Below are positions 9,685 to 18,757 of a stretch of 64,000 nucleotides of DNA, piece after piece. Origin of the DNA: a virus. Made by a program: the position numbers and the translations under genes. Location of the stretch: the IMG/VR virus record IMGVR_UViG_3300010397_000044, positions 1 through 64,000 of that record. One strand, 5' to 3'. The notes beneath the pieces were generated by a model. That model had not been told where the DNA came from. It ran no database searches and worked only from the letters and a program-made list of their open reading frames with translations. How positions within the stretch are numbered: the stretch's first letter is position 1; each line of letters opens with the position of its first letter.

Positions 9685-9784
9685 CGGTTTCGTGTAATGA
9701 GTGAAGGCAATACACGGGACTGAATTAAGGGGATTAAAACACCCCTTAACCCACCCAGACGTCCTTCACCGTCTGGGTTTTTTT
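9685..9784 (+). promoter_or_regulatory. three-hairpin leader RNA ending in an intrinsic terminator (attenuator candidate)
   Basis: Hairpins 9685-9722, 9725-9749, 9753-9778 plus T tract; loops 1 and 3 are complementary. Confidence 0.65.
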
Positions 9785-9816
9785 ATTTACTTATCCTACC
9801 TTTTTAAAATTAATTA

Positions 9817-10254
9817 TTGATGACCTACACGGAAAAATTGCAAGACCCAAGGTGGCAAAAGAAAAGATTACAAATTCTTGAAAGAGATGAGTTTAAGTGT
9901 AAAATGTGTAAAGATGACACTACCACATTGCATGTGCATCACAAAAAATATTCTGGTGATCCTTGGGAGGCGGATAATAATGATTTAATCACATATTGCA
10001 AACATTGCCATGCCGTGGTTGAGCATAATAAAAAAGAAGATTTTTGGCCAATGGCTGTTATCAAAGCCGAATCGAATAATGACATAATTAAAATTATTGT
10101 TATATATATTGATAAAGATTTTGAACTTAGTATTGACTTTTACTTGTATTTTAATGATACCATAAAGTATCAAACTACAATTTCTAAAAGTTGTGCCGAA
10201 CGTATAGTATCTGTTATTAATTCGGTAGAAACATTGATCTACAAAAATGGCTAA
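9817..10254 (+). CDS. HNH endonuclease
   Basis: DPRWQKKRLQILERDEFKCKMC...LHVHH...LITYCKHCH. Confidence 0.9.
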   Translation: MMTYTEKLQDPRWQKKRLQILERDEFKCKMCKDDTTTLHVHHKKYSGDPWEADNNDLITYCKHCHAVVEHNKKEDFWPMAVIKAESNNDIIKIIVIYIDKDFELSIDFYLYFNDTIKYQTTISKSCAERIVSVINSVETLIYKNG

Positions 10255-10747
10255 AGATCCAGCATTTTTATTCTACCCCGGCGATTTTGTAGCAGGCACT
10301 ATGCATTTAGATTTTGAATGTACTGGCGCATATATTAAACTTCTTATGCTACAATTTCAGAAAGATCGCATGACGCTACATATGATACAACAAGTGTTGG
10401 GACATAGGTTCGAACATATCTGGTGTCAAATAAAGGATAAGTTTGTTGAAGACGGAGGTCTGTTCTGGAACGAAAGATTGCAGTTAGAGAAAGAAAAACG
10501 CGCAAACTTCTGTAAATCAAGGAGAGATAATAAAAATTCAAAAAAACAAAATCAACATATGTTATCACATATGGAAAATGAAAATGAAAATATAAATGCA
10601 ATTGGAAATGTAAATAGGTTTAATGAAGACAAAACCGCAATTATTTTCCCCAATGGCAAAATTCAAGAATTAGGGAAAAGTCAAAAATTTAGAGCCCAAT
10701 TTGGCGAATTGAGACCCGAAAGCGTAAAATGGGGGGAGATAAACTAA
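10247..10747 (+). CDS. DUF1376/YdaU-like replication initiator
   Basis: MAKDPAFLFYPGDF...GAYIKLL...WNERL; lies directly before the helicase. Confidence 0.75.
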   Translation: MAKDPAFLFYPGDFVAGTMHLDFECTGAYIKLLMLQFQKDRMTLHMIQQVLGHRFEHIWCQIKDKFVEDGGLFWNERLQLEKEKRANFCKSRRDNKNSKKQNQHMLSHMENENENINAIGNVNRFNEDKTAIIFPNGKIQELGKSQKFRAQFGELRPESVKWGEIN

Positions 10748-10757
10748 AACTTTAGCA

Positions 10758-12647
10758 ATGTACTACGACCGGCTCAGAGATTTGGACATAAAAGTCACAA
10801 GACGTTCAGGGAATGAGAAAACACTTTGCCCTCAATGCAGCAATAGTCGAAAAAACAAGAACGACAGATGCTTGTCAATTAACGTCACTACTGGGGAGTA
10901 CAATTGCCATAATTGCGGCTGGAAAGGAAATGTTAGGACACACGAAAGGAAGAGAGAGCAGAAGGAGTACGTAAAGCCAACAGCAGACTATTTGGCGGGT
11001 ATCAGCCTGAAAGAACGCACGAGCCAATATTTTAGAGAAAAGCGCGGGATTAGCCAAGAAACGTTGGATCATTTCATGATATTCAGCCGGGAAGAATATA
11101 TGCCTCAGACTTCCCAAAAAGAGAATTGCATTTGTTTCCCATATTTCAGAGACGGCGAATTGGTCAATATCAAGTTCCGGGACGCAAGGAAGAACTTCAA
11201 AATGGTTTCTGGTGCGGAACTTATTTTCTACAACTTGGGATCAATAGGAGAACGAAAAAAAGCCATTGTTACGGAGGGTGAAATAGATTGCCTAAGCCTT
11301 TATGAATGTGGATTCAGTAAGGAAGGAGTTGAGCCGCTGTCGGAATACGCTATCCTTTCAGTACCTAACGGGGCAAGTAAGGGAAATCAAAGACTGGATT
11401 ATTTGGATAATTGCGCGGAGTGGTTTTTAGGTCTTGAAGAGGTGATTATAGCCACGGATGGAGATGAAGCTGGGAAGATGCTTCGGGATGAATTAGTACG
11501 GCGGTTAGGTGTGGAAAGATGCCGGGTAGTCAATTACCCCCAAGAAAGCATAGTGAACCAGAATGGGCAAATTTCAAGACCCTGTAAAGACTTAAACGAA
11601 GTCCTTTTATATTTTGGGGCTGGGAAAGTAATTGAGTGCGTAATGTCTTCTCCATCGATACCAGTAGAGGGTATATATTTCGTAGAAGATATTTTTGCGG
11701 CCATGTTTGATAATTTCAAGCGCGGTATTCAATTAGCTCCAACAACACATTTTAAACAACTTGATGAATATTTCAGATGGAAGAAGGGCGAGCAGAATCT
11801 TTTCATTGGATATGGTAATCATGGCAAAACGACATTTGCTATCCAATTAATGATGGTTAAGAGTATGTACGATGGTTGGAAGTGGGGTATATTCTCACCT
11901 GAGAACTATCCTGCAAATGACTTCTTTGACGACATGATAGAAATGTACAACGGGAAATTTCTATCTCAAATGACGGATGAAGAATATGTGGCTGCGTGTG
12001 AATTTTTGAACGAACACTTTTTTTACGTATACCCTGAAGATGCACATGATCTGTTATCTATACATGATAAGTTTAGATATTTGATTCTTAAAAAGGGATT
12101 GGACGGAGTTATGATTGATCCATTCAATCAATTAGATCATATCAACAAACCGTATCAAAGAGATGACCAAATGCTTTCAGATTGTCTAAAAGATACAAAA
12201 CGCTTTGCTTTGCTGAATAACGTTTCATACAATATCGTAGCGCATCCAAAGAATCCCAAGTACGATGAAAACAAACAATTGCCGGTGGTTGATATGTACG
12301 ATGTAGCTGGCGGAGCAATGTGGGGTAATAAAATGGATAATATAATTTCTTACTATAGACCTAGATTTCATGAAGACAAAAACAGCACTGAGGTTCAAAT
12401 ACACATTCAGAAATGTAAAAGGAAAAGAACGGGAGGGAAATTAGGCGATACTGATATGCAATTTATTTGGAGCAAAAAAAGGTTTATTGAAGGCTTTTCG
12501 GACATATTCGTATGTGATCCAAACCGGGCTGCCAGTTTCAAAAAAGGAGAGTTAAACTTAGATATTAGGCCACGGCTCATAGATAATTACAAACCTGCTA
12601 ATTTCTACGAAACAGATAAAGATGAACCCGAAACATCACCTTTTTAA
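10758..12647 (+). CDS. T7 gp4/Twinkle-type primase-helicase
   Basis: CPQC...CHNC Zn finger, TOPRIM TEGEID and DGDEAG, Walker A GYGNHGKT, VMIDPFN, VAHP. Confidence 0.95.
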   Translation: MYYDRLRDLDIKVTRRSGNEKTLCPQCSNSRKNKNDRCLSINVTTGEYNCHNCGWKGNVRTHERKREQKEYVKPTADYLAGISLKERTSQYFREKRGISQETLDHFMIFSREEYMPQTSQKENCICFPYFRDGELVNIKFRDARKNFKMVSGAELIFYNLGSIGERKKAIVTEGEIDCLSLYECGFSKEGVEPLSEYAILSVPNGASKGNQRLDYLDNCAEWFLGLEEVIIATDGDEAGKMLRDELVRRLGVERCRVVNYPQESIVNQNGQISRPCKDLNEVLLYFGAGKVIECVMSSPSIPVEGIYFVEDIFAAMFDNFKRGIQLAPTTHFKQLDEYFRWKKGEQNLFIGYGNHGKTTFAIQLMMVKSMYDGWKWGIFSPENYPANDFFDDMIEMYNGKFLSQMTDEEYVAACEFLNEHFFYVYPEDAHDLLSIHDKFRYLILKKGLDGVMIDPFNQLDHINKPYQRDDQMLSDCLKDTKRFALLNNVSYNIVAHPKNPKYDENKQLPVVDMYDVAGGAMWGNKMDNIISYYRPRFHEDKNSTEVQIHIQKCKRKRTGGKLGDTDMQFIWSKKRFIEGFSDIFVCDPNRAASFKKGELNLDIRPRLIDNYKPANFYETDKDEPETSPF

Positions 12648-12656
12648 TTTCATTTT

Positions 12657-12986
12657 ATGACAAAGCACCCTAATGCCCCGGCTGAGGACCGGGCTAAAAG
12701 ACAAAAGCAGATTCCTGTTACTCTTGAAGAGTATGATAAAATACATGAATTATGGGAGAAAGGAATGAAGAAGTGTGATATATCTATTCTTATGGATAGA
12801 ACGTCTGGTGCGATAGCACATTGTTTAACTAGATTGACTAGGGAAACTGTTGTAAGAAGAGAAGCGAGAAGAGCCAAAAGAACAGCAAGTACCTATAAGT
12901 ATGCGTACATTGAATTAGAAGAAAAGGATTTATCTTCACTGCCCGATACGGAATTATTTGAACATTCAAAAGATTATATTTTATAA
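12657..12986 (+). CDS. HTH-containing hypothetical protein
   Basis: GMKKCDISILMDRTSGAIAHCL. Confidence 0.5.
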   Translation: MTKHPNAPAEDRAKRQKQIPVTLEEYDKIHELWEKGMKKCDISILMDRTSGAIAHCLTRLTRETVVRREARRAKRTASTYKYAYIELEEKDLSSLPDTELFEHSKDYIL

Positions 12987-12989
12987 GTT

Positions 12990-13193
12990 ATGTGTGAAAA
13001 TAACAACCACTCCTATGTTCATCTTCGGACTGAAAAATATGCAAGATGGACACATTCGGAAGGCAGACAGATTTTTGCCAAAATGATAGATACATTCTTT
13101 TGTGACAAATGCCTAGATCAGAAAGAGGTTAAAAAAGAATATTCTGGTCATTTCAAAGAAAGGCCTGATTGGGTTAATGACATTCAATTCTAA
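12990..13193 (+). CDS. small Cys-containing hypothetical protein
   Basis: C...H...FFCDKCLD. Confidence 0.55.
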   Translation: MCENNNHSYVHLRTEKYARWTHSEGRQIFAKMIDTFFCDKCLDQKEVKKEYSGHFKERPDWVNDIQF

Positions 13194-13212
13194 ATCAAAA
13201 CAATAAAAAAAC

Positions 13213-13584
13213 ATGAAAATTGGAATTATCGCATCAGTAGTATTATTCTTAGTTAGTTGTTCTACCGAAAAGAAAGATAAGTTTAAGCCTATAACAGATA
13301 GTAGTGTGTTTGTTATTTATAGGGCTTATCCAGCAGGTTTAACAGGAGCAAGGGGAAGGTATTCTACGCAATTAGTTAAGGCCGTAGACAGCAACGACAA
13401 GGTGATTACAAAGGTGGATACTACATGGACATTGGAAATAGTCAACTATAAAGATACCATTAAGGATGCTAAAGGTGTTCCTGTAAAAGACTCCATCACC
13501 CATCAATACAAATTCAACTTCCAATGGTATAAGTTAACACCAGAAGAAAATAAGACTGTTCGTGTACAGATTATAAATATTTAA
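13213..13584 (+). CDS. lipoprotein
   Basis: Lipobox LVSC after a hydrophobic N-terminus; DTT/DTI/DSI sequons. Confidence 0.75.
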   Translation: MKIGIIASVVLFLVSCSTEKKDKFKPITDSSVFVIYRAYPAGLTGARGRYSTQLVKAVDSNDKVITKVDTTWTLEIVNYKDTIKDAKGVPVKDSITHQYKFNFQWYKLTPEENKTVRVQIINI

Positions 13585-13587
13585 TTT

Positions 13588-13893
13588 ATGGAAAGAGGTA
13601 AAATAACGGACGAACTAATAAAGATTGGTGTAGGACCGGATACCAATACGGACGAATGTTGGGAGCTTCTTTTGAGTACCATACAAGATTTATGTAATGA
13701 TGAAGCCATCCTAACGGAAGCTCGTTTAAATGCAGTCAACCCAACAAAAAATGTTAAAGAAATAGCATTAGATGCAGTAGTTAGAATCTATGCAGCACGG
13801 CCTGATTGGCGCATTGGTTGGGATGATAATGGAGGAGGCAGTCATTTTCTGTTGAGTTGCGACAAAATATACCAATGGCTCATTAAAGAATAA
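13588..13893 (+). CDS. hypothetical protein
   Basis: ORF in operon. Confidence 0.55.
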   Translation: MERGKITDELIKIGVGPDTNTDECWELLLSTIQDLCNDEAILTEARLNAVNPTKNVKEIALDAVVRIYAARPDWRIGWDDNGGGSHFLLSCDKIYQWLIKE

Positions 13894-13898
13894 ATACT

Positions 13899-14270
13899 AT
13901 GAATATTTACGATATATCAAAGGAAATTAATGAAAACGCTCATGCCAAGGGTTTTTGGGAAAAAGGAATGAATATTCCAGAAAAACTAATGCTGACGGTG
14001 GGCGAACTATCTGAAGCTATGGAAGCCGATAGAGATAGCAAATTCTGTACTTATAACATGGATGCAATAAATGGATGGGTGCAAGACAGTGATTTTATTG
14101 AGGCGTATAAAGATTGGGTCAAAGGTACTTTTGAGGAAGAAATTGCTGATGCTGTAATACGGTTGTTTGATCTGGCGACCGAACTTAAAATCGATCTACC
14201 AGCGCACATAGAAGCTAAAGTTAGATTCAATAAAAGCCGCCCACATATGCATGGTGGTAAAAAATATTAA
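13899..14270 (+). CDS. MazG-like nucleotide pyrophosphohydrolase
   Basis: KGFW...GELSEAMEADR...EEEIADAVIRLFDL...KVRFNKSRPHMHGGKKY. Confidence 0.9.
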   Translation: MNIYDISKEINENAHAKGFWEKGMNIPEKLMLTVGELSEAMEADRDSKFCTYNMDAINGWVQDSDFIEAYKDWVKGTFEEEIADAVIRLFDLATELKIDLPAHIEAKVRFNKSRPHMHGGKKY

Positions 14271-14272
14271 CA

Positions 14273-14764
14273 ATGATTCACCTACTATTTTTACTCCCCT
14301 TCATCCATCAGCTTAGTTGGTCAGACTATAAAGGTCCACAACAAATAAGATGGGAGAATTTTAAAGGCCTACCAAAAAATAATGGATATGCCGCAAGTGT
14401 TAATACCCGTTGGATATTGACAGACTCTTGCGAAGATGGTAAATGTTATTTTAAAGTAGACTGCGGAATAGATGAGGATAGTTCATGGACAACAACCAAT
14501 TCAGAAATCGCTTTAAGACACGAGCAAACTCACGTTAATTTGTCTTATATTGTTTGTAGAGACTTTAAAAGGGTGTTATCCAAATATCAAGGAATCTCCG
14601 AATCTAAAGCCTATAAAGTACATAACCTATTTAATAATTGGTGGGCTAAAGAAAGAAGAGTTAATGCTCTTTTCGATAGAGAAACAAAGCATTCTGTAGT
14701 CACAGTTATAGAAAAACAATGGGAGGACCAAATAAACAAAGCACTATGCGAAGGTTCACATTAA
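14273..14764 (+). CDS. DUF922-like putative Zn-dependent protease
   Basis: WxxFKG, LRHEQTH, FDRETKHS motifs. Confidence 0.75.
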   Translation: MIHLLFLLPFIHQLSWSDYKGPQQIRWENFKGLPKNNGYAASVNTRWILTDSCEDGKCYFKVDCGIDEDSSWTTTNSEIALRHEQTHVNLSYIVCRDFKRVLSKYQGISESKAYKVHNLFNNWWAKERRVNALFDRETKHSVVTVIEKQWEDQINKALCEGSH

Positions 14765-14955
14765 AACAAGATTATCAGGGATTCTATAAAGGAACTATCT
14801 TTGTCGGCCCAATATTCGCCACCGATACTCAACGACCAGCTTTTTACAGAGAGCAAGACGTAGAAGACCGAAAGGATAAAATCTACTATTACGCCTCTCA
14901 TGTAACAGATAACCCACTTATTTTTGAAGAAATTAAAACAGAAGAGAAACAATGA
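14746..14955 (+). CDS. hypothetical protein
   Basis: MRRFTLKQDYQG...FEEI. Confidence 0.5.
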   Translation: MRRFTLKQDYQGFYKGTIFVGPIFATDTQRPAFYREQDVEDRKDKIYYYASHVTDNPLIFEEIKTEEKQ

Positions 14956-15590
14956 TTTGTGCCATCTGCAATAATGCCGCTCTCCCAAGGCTTAAAAAAG
15001 GGAATGTTCAATATTTTCAATGCACGAACTGTAAGACTTTATTTTCTGGCCCATTGGATCAGGATGGAATGGTAGGTGGGGGGGCTGAACTGGAAAGAAA
15101 TACACAGCAAAACCATGAACGAGTAACGCGTGTGGAGGCTTTGACCAAATCCATAAAAAAAGAACACGTTTCCGTACTAGACTTCGGGGCCGGTCATGGG
15201 TTGTTGGTTAATGATTTAAAGGCCGCTGGATTCGGAACAGTAGTAGGATATGATCCCTATAATGAAGAGTTTTTAAAACTACCGGAAAGCGAAAAATTTG
15301 ATGTTATTTCTTGCGTGGAATGCTGCGAGCATTGGTCAAGCCCGTACGTAGAGGTAAGCGTAATAAGACGCGCTTTAAAACCGGGGGGAATTATAATGTT
15401 TGAAACCAGCTTCGTACAGGTAGCGGAGGAAGAGGGAATAGAGTTGGAGGATTTCTTCTATATCGATCCACGAGTGGGTCATAGTACAATCTTCTCTTAC
15501 CATGGCTTAGACCTTCTTATGGCTTTAAACGGATTTATTCCACAGACTCACTACAACCGACACGTTAGGCTTTATAGAAAATACGCATGA
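14952..15590 (+). CDS. class I SAM-dependent methyltransferase with N-terminal Zn ribbon
   Basis: CxxC...CxxC, VLDFGAGHG, GYDPY, EKFDVISCVECCEH, LKPGG. Confidence 0.9.
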   Translation: MICAICNNAALPRLKKGNVQYFQCTNCKTLFSGPLDQDGMVGGGAELERNTQQNHERVTRVEALTKSIKKEHVSVLDFGAGHGLLVNDLKAAGFGTVVGYDPYNEEFLKLPESEKFDVISCVECCEHWSSPYVEVSVIRRALKPGGIIMFETSFVQVAEEEGIELEDFFYIDPRVGHSTIFSYHGLDLLMALNGFIPQTHYNRHVRLYRKYA

Positions 15591-16399
15591 ACAGAAAAAT
15601 ATCTTTTGTTACCTTAACCCAAGGTAACCCAATAGCTCTTAGAAGAACAATGGATAGTTTGCGGGGTATATGCGACAACTATGTGGTTGGGGATTTATGT
15701 GTATTTCGTGAAGATTCGGAAGCTATATCCGAATTGAAGAACGACTACCCATTGCATCATGCAAGGACAAACTTCAACAGCCTTTATCAGCATGGCTTCT
15801 CTCATAACCTTAACTGTCTTGCGTCATTGGCCAAAAACGATATAGTCGTATATCTTAACGTTGGAGAGGTTATTGAATCTAATGAAAAGGACATATTGGC
15901 CACTATTTCGGATGAATACAATTGTTACTACATAGATCACGCTACAGAAAAACATAGATGGTTTCGTGTGTGGAATAGAACTGAAATGAAATGGAGCGGA
16001 TTAATACATGAAGAAATAGTGGGGGATTATCGTCCATATCACAAGCCATTGTTCAGATTTGCAGATACAGAAAAGGACATGGTGGACCCTTTTAAGGCGG
16101 CAGTTTACAATGATATAAAAGAGATTGTTTATTGGCGGAATCTTATGCGAATAGTAGACGAACCAGAAGTATTAGGTGCAACTGCCGAAGGATGGGTTCA
16201 TTTTGCTAAAGACAACTATTCTACGATGCAGGAGCGGTTGCTTAAAAAAGGGGTGAGGCCAAAAGCATTCGAGCCGTGGCTTGGAGACTTGAATATGTAC
16301 TTGAATGACGTATACTCCAATCCAGAATTTGAAAAAGAAAGGTTTGAATCTAATCACATAATTGAGTTTCAGGGAGACCCCAAATATTTAGGAAAATGA
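15587..16399 (+). CDS. glycosyltransferase family 2-like
   Basis: ISFVTLT...AKNDIVVYLNVGE...WSGLIHE. Confidence 0.7.
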   Translation: MNRKISFVTLTQGNPIALRRTMDSLRGICDNYVVGDLCVFREDSEAISELKNDYPLHHARTNFNSLYQHGFSHNLNCLASLAKNDIVVYLNVGEVIESNEKDILATISDEYNCYYIDHATEKHRWFRVWNRTEMKWSGLIHEEIVGDYRPYHKPLFRFADTEKDMVDPFKAAVYNDIKEIVYWRNLMRIVDEPEVLGATAEGWVHFAKDNYSTMQERLLKKGVRPKAFEPWLGDLNMYLNDVYSNPEFEKERFESNHIIEFQGDPKYLGK

Positions 16400-17415
16400 A
16401 ATTCACAATATTGATCCCTCATTGGAAAAGTAAAATAACGGTCTACGCCGTCTCTCAATTCCTTAGATATAGAGGGAAGCATGAAATAGATATTTGGATT
16501 ATTGATAATTCATATCCAGATGAAAGTATTGAATTGTTAAATCCTTTCCGGTTTGAAATTAGAATTATTAAAGCCAGACAAAATAACAAAATAACATCTC
16601 ACGGGGTAGCTTTAGATTGGGGGATGTTTCATAGTAGGAATGAATGGGTAATTTGCGCTGAGTCTGATTCGTTCCCAACAGAAGACGGGTATTTAGACAC
16701 ATATGAGAATATTATAAAAATGGGATATGATGGCGCTGGAAGTTTATTGCAATTAAGCGGAGGACTATATAAACATCCTTGTGGTGCGTTGTATAAACGA
16801 AGCGTATGGAAAGAGGCGATGGAATATTTTACTACTATTCCATATAATTATTATCCCAACTTCATGATGAGGGATAATTTCCCAGTACACGCAATGATTC
16901 ATCATTCTTTGGTGGATCAGGTTGGAGAAAATCCAGAGGATTGGGTCGAATTGTCTGCTGAATACAAGGGGAATACGAAACAAATCATGAAAGAGAAAAT
17001 GGAATATTATAAACCCGTTTGTGGGGCATTCCATTCAGGAGCGGGAGGACGGCAGGAGTCCTTGAGGACATATGGACAACGAACCCACGAAACGGATGCC
17101 CCTCACATCATAGTTGGCAATAAAAACTCTAAAATAATAGGTCGTTTGGGGATGGAGCCGGGGCAAGCTCTTCATTATTACGAAGTGGCTACCGGTAGAA
17201 AACTATGCTACATAGACACCAAGACAACTTGGATGCCTAACAGAGAAAACGAACAACAAGAAAGGACGGTCATGTCCAATGGATTTACTCATTTATGGGC
17301 TGGGTCGTCATATTTAAGTATGAAAGGAACGGCACTTAACGACGTATGGGAGCATAAAAACAAAATAGTAGAAGATTTATACAACACATTACCTAAACAT
17401 CAAAGAATAGATTAA
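16396..17415 (+). CDS. glycosyltransferase family 2-like
   Basis: FTILIPHW...IWIIDNS...HGVALD...ICAESDSFP. Confidence 0.75.
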   Translation: MKFTILIPHWKSKITVYAVSQFLRYRGKHEIDIWIIDNSYPDESIELLNPFRFEIRIIKARQNNKITSHGVALDWGMFHSRNEWVICAESDSFPTEDGYLDTYENIIKMGYDGAGSLLQLSGGLYKHPCGALYKRSVWKEAMEYFTTIPYNYYPNFMMRDNFPVHAMIHHSLVDQVGENPEDWVELSAEYKGNTKQIMKEKMEYYKPVCGAFHSGAGGRQESLRTYGQRTHETDAPHIIVGNKNSKIIGRLGMEPGQALHYYEVATGRKLCYIDTKTTWMPNRENEQQERTVMSNGFTHLWAGSSYLSMKGTALNDVWEHKNKIVEDLYNTLPKHQRID

Positions 17416-18231
17416 ATGGGAATTAATAGCAATTTTTTAAGCAGCGGAAACGCTGGTGACGCTATCGGAGCTTTGCCGGCCATAAGAGAATTTTACAGAA
17501 AAACAGGTATTAAGCCAACCCTCTACCTTAGAAAAGGGGTAGAAGCCTTCTATTACGAAGGCGCTGTTCATCCCGTTAAAGACCCAGAAACACAAAAAAA
17601 TGTAATGCTCAATCAGAAAATGATTGACATGCTAATTCCTTTGTTGAAATCACAATCGTTTTTGGAGGATGTAAAGACATATGCCGATGAAGAGATAGGG
17701 TGTGATTTGGACCAAATTCGGGAAACCAACGTAGGAATGCCCGGATTGAGCCTGAACCGTTGGTATTTTTATGTATATCCTGATTTGGCTTGTGATCTTT
17801 CAAAACCATGGCTAGAAGTACCTGATGCCGAAAAAGACTTAGCCAAAGGAAAGATTATCATTACCCGAACAGAACGTTATACGAATCCAAATATAGACTA
17901 CTCTTTCCTCAAACCCTACGAAGATGAATTGATCTTTTCCGGAACCATGCGAGAGTATAACAACTTCTGTATGGGCTACGATCTCAATATAAAAAAACTG
18001 ACGGTTGATAACTTTCTAACGTTGGCCCAAGCCATAAAACAGTCCCGATTTCACGTGACTAACCAAACCATGGCCAACCAAATTTCGACCGGATTATGTC
18101 ATCCATCCATATTGGAAGTGTGTACGTTTGCCCCTAATTGTATCCCAATTGGGGAAGATAGATACGACTTTCTCGCACAGAAGGGGCTTGAATATTATTT
18201 CGATGTATTGCATAAAAAAACCGCCCAATAA
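17416..18231 (+). CDS. GT9 (heptosyltransferase)-like GT-B glycosyltransferase
   Basis: SGNAGDAIGALPAI...LAQAIKQSRFHVTNQT...ILEV. Confidence 0.65.
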   Translation: MGINSNFLSSGNAGDAIGALPAIREFYRKTGIKPTLYLRKGVEAFYYEGAVHPVKDPETQKNVMLNQKMIDMLIPLLKSQSFLEDVKTYADEEIGCDLDQIRETNVGMPGLSLNRWYFYVYPDLACDLSKPWLEVPDAEKDLAKGKIIITRTERYTNPNIDYSFLKPYEDELIFSGTMREYNNFCMGYDLNIKKLTVDNFLTLAQAIKQSRFHVTNQTMANQISTGLCHPSILEVCTFAPNCIPIGEDRYDFLAQKGLEYYFDVLHKKTAQ

Positions 18232-18240
18232 GAGCGGTTT
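18214..18240. terminator. hairpin terminator between convergent genes
   Basis: A7-CCGC...GCGG-TTT. Confidence 0.55.
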
Positions 18241-18263
18241 CGAGGTAAATACTAACCAATTGA

Positions 18264-18518
18264 CTACGCAAAGATTGTGGCAATAGAGGCTACTGTCTCT
18301 TGCACATAATACTTTGTGCCATTAGAGTCAGCAGCAGCACCAGAGGGGATGATAATAACCCCATATACATTGTAGCCGGAAGATAAGCTACGTGTGGGAG
18401 ATGTAATACAATCCTGTACAATACACCCCTGAGTAGGAAAGCCTATTCTTTGGGATTGATCTCTTGCGAGAGTGGTCTGGTTAATCGCGTATACGTTGAA
18501 GAATGCTAAATTTGCCAT
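18264..18518 (-). CDS. small beta-rich protein, possibly virion-associated
   Basis: Isolated minus-strand ORF; YYVQETVASIA C-terminal motif. Confidence 0.6.
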   Translation of the reverse strand: MANLAFFNVYAINQTTLARDQSQRIGFPTQGCIVQDCITSPTRSLSSGYNVYGVIIIPSGAAADSNGTKYYVQETVASIATIFA

Positions 18519-18548
18519 GGCTAAAAATTTCCATGAAAATAAAAAGGT

Positions 18549-18580
18549 TTTGGGCCAAATAGTAAGTTATCCTATCTTCG
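18549..18580 (+). promoter_or_regulatory. Bacteroidota-type promoter of the RHH-groEL operon
   Basis: TTTG (18549) followed 20 nt later by TATCTTCG (18573). Confidence 0.55.
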
Positions 18581-18589
18581 AGGGGCAAG

Positions 18590-18757
18590 ATGGATGCAAA
18601 AAGTACACCTAAAAAAGAAATGAAACGATTAAACGTGGATTTCCCCCTTCTCACAATTCAGAAGTTGGAAGTGTTCCGTCTGCAAAAAGGACTCTCTATG
18701 AGAGCCGCTATCCGGATGATTGTAAATGATTTTGTAAAAGATAAACCCCTCTATTAA
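18590..18757 (+). CDS. ribbon-helix-helix microprotein (55 aa, not in ORF track)
   Basis: MDAKSTPKKEMKRLNVDFPLLTIQKLEVFRLQKGLSMRAAIRMIVNDFVKDKPLY; stop abuts the groEL ATG. Confidence 0.75.
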   Translation: MDAKSTPKKEMKRLNVDFPLLTIQKLEVFRLQKGLSMRAAIRMIVNDFVKDKPLY

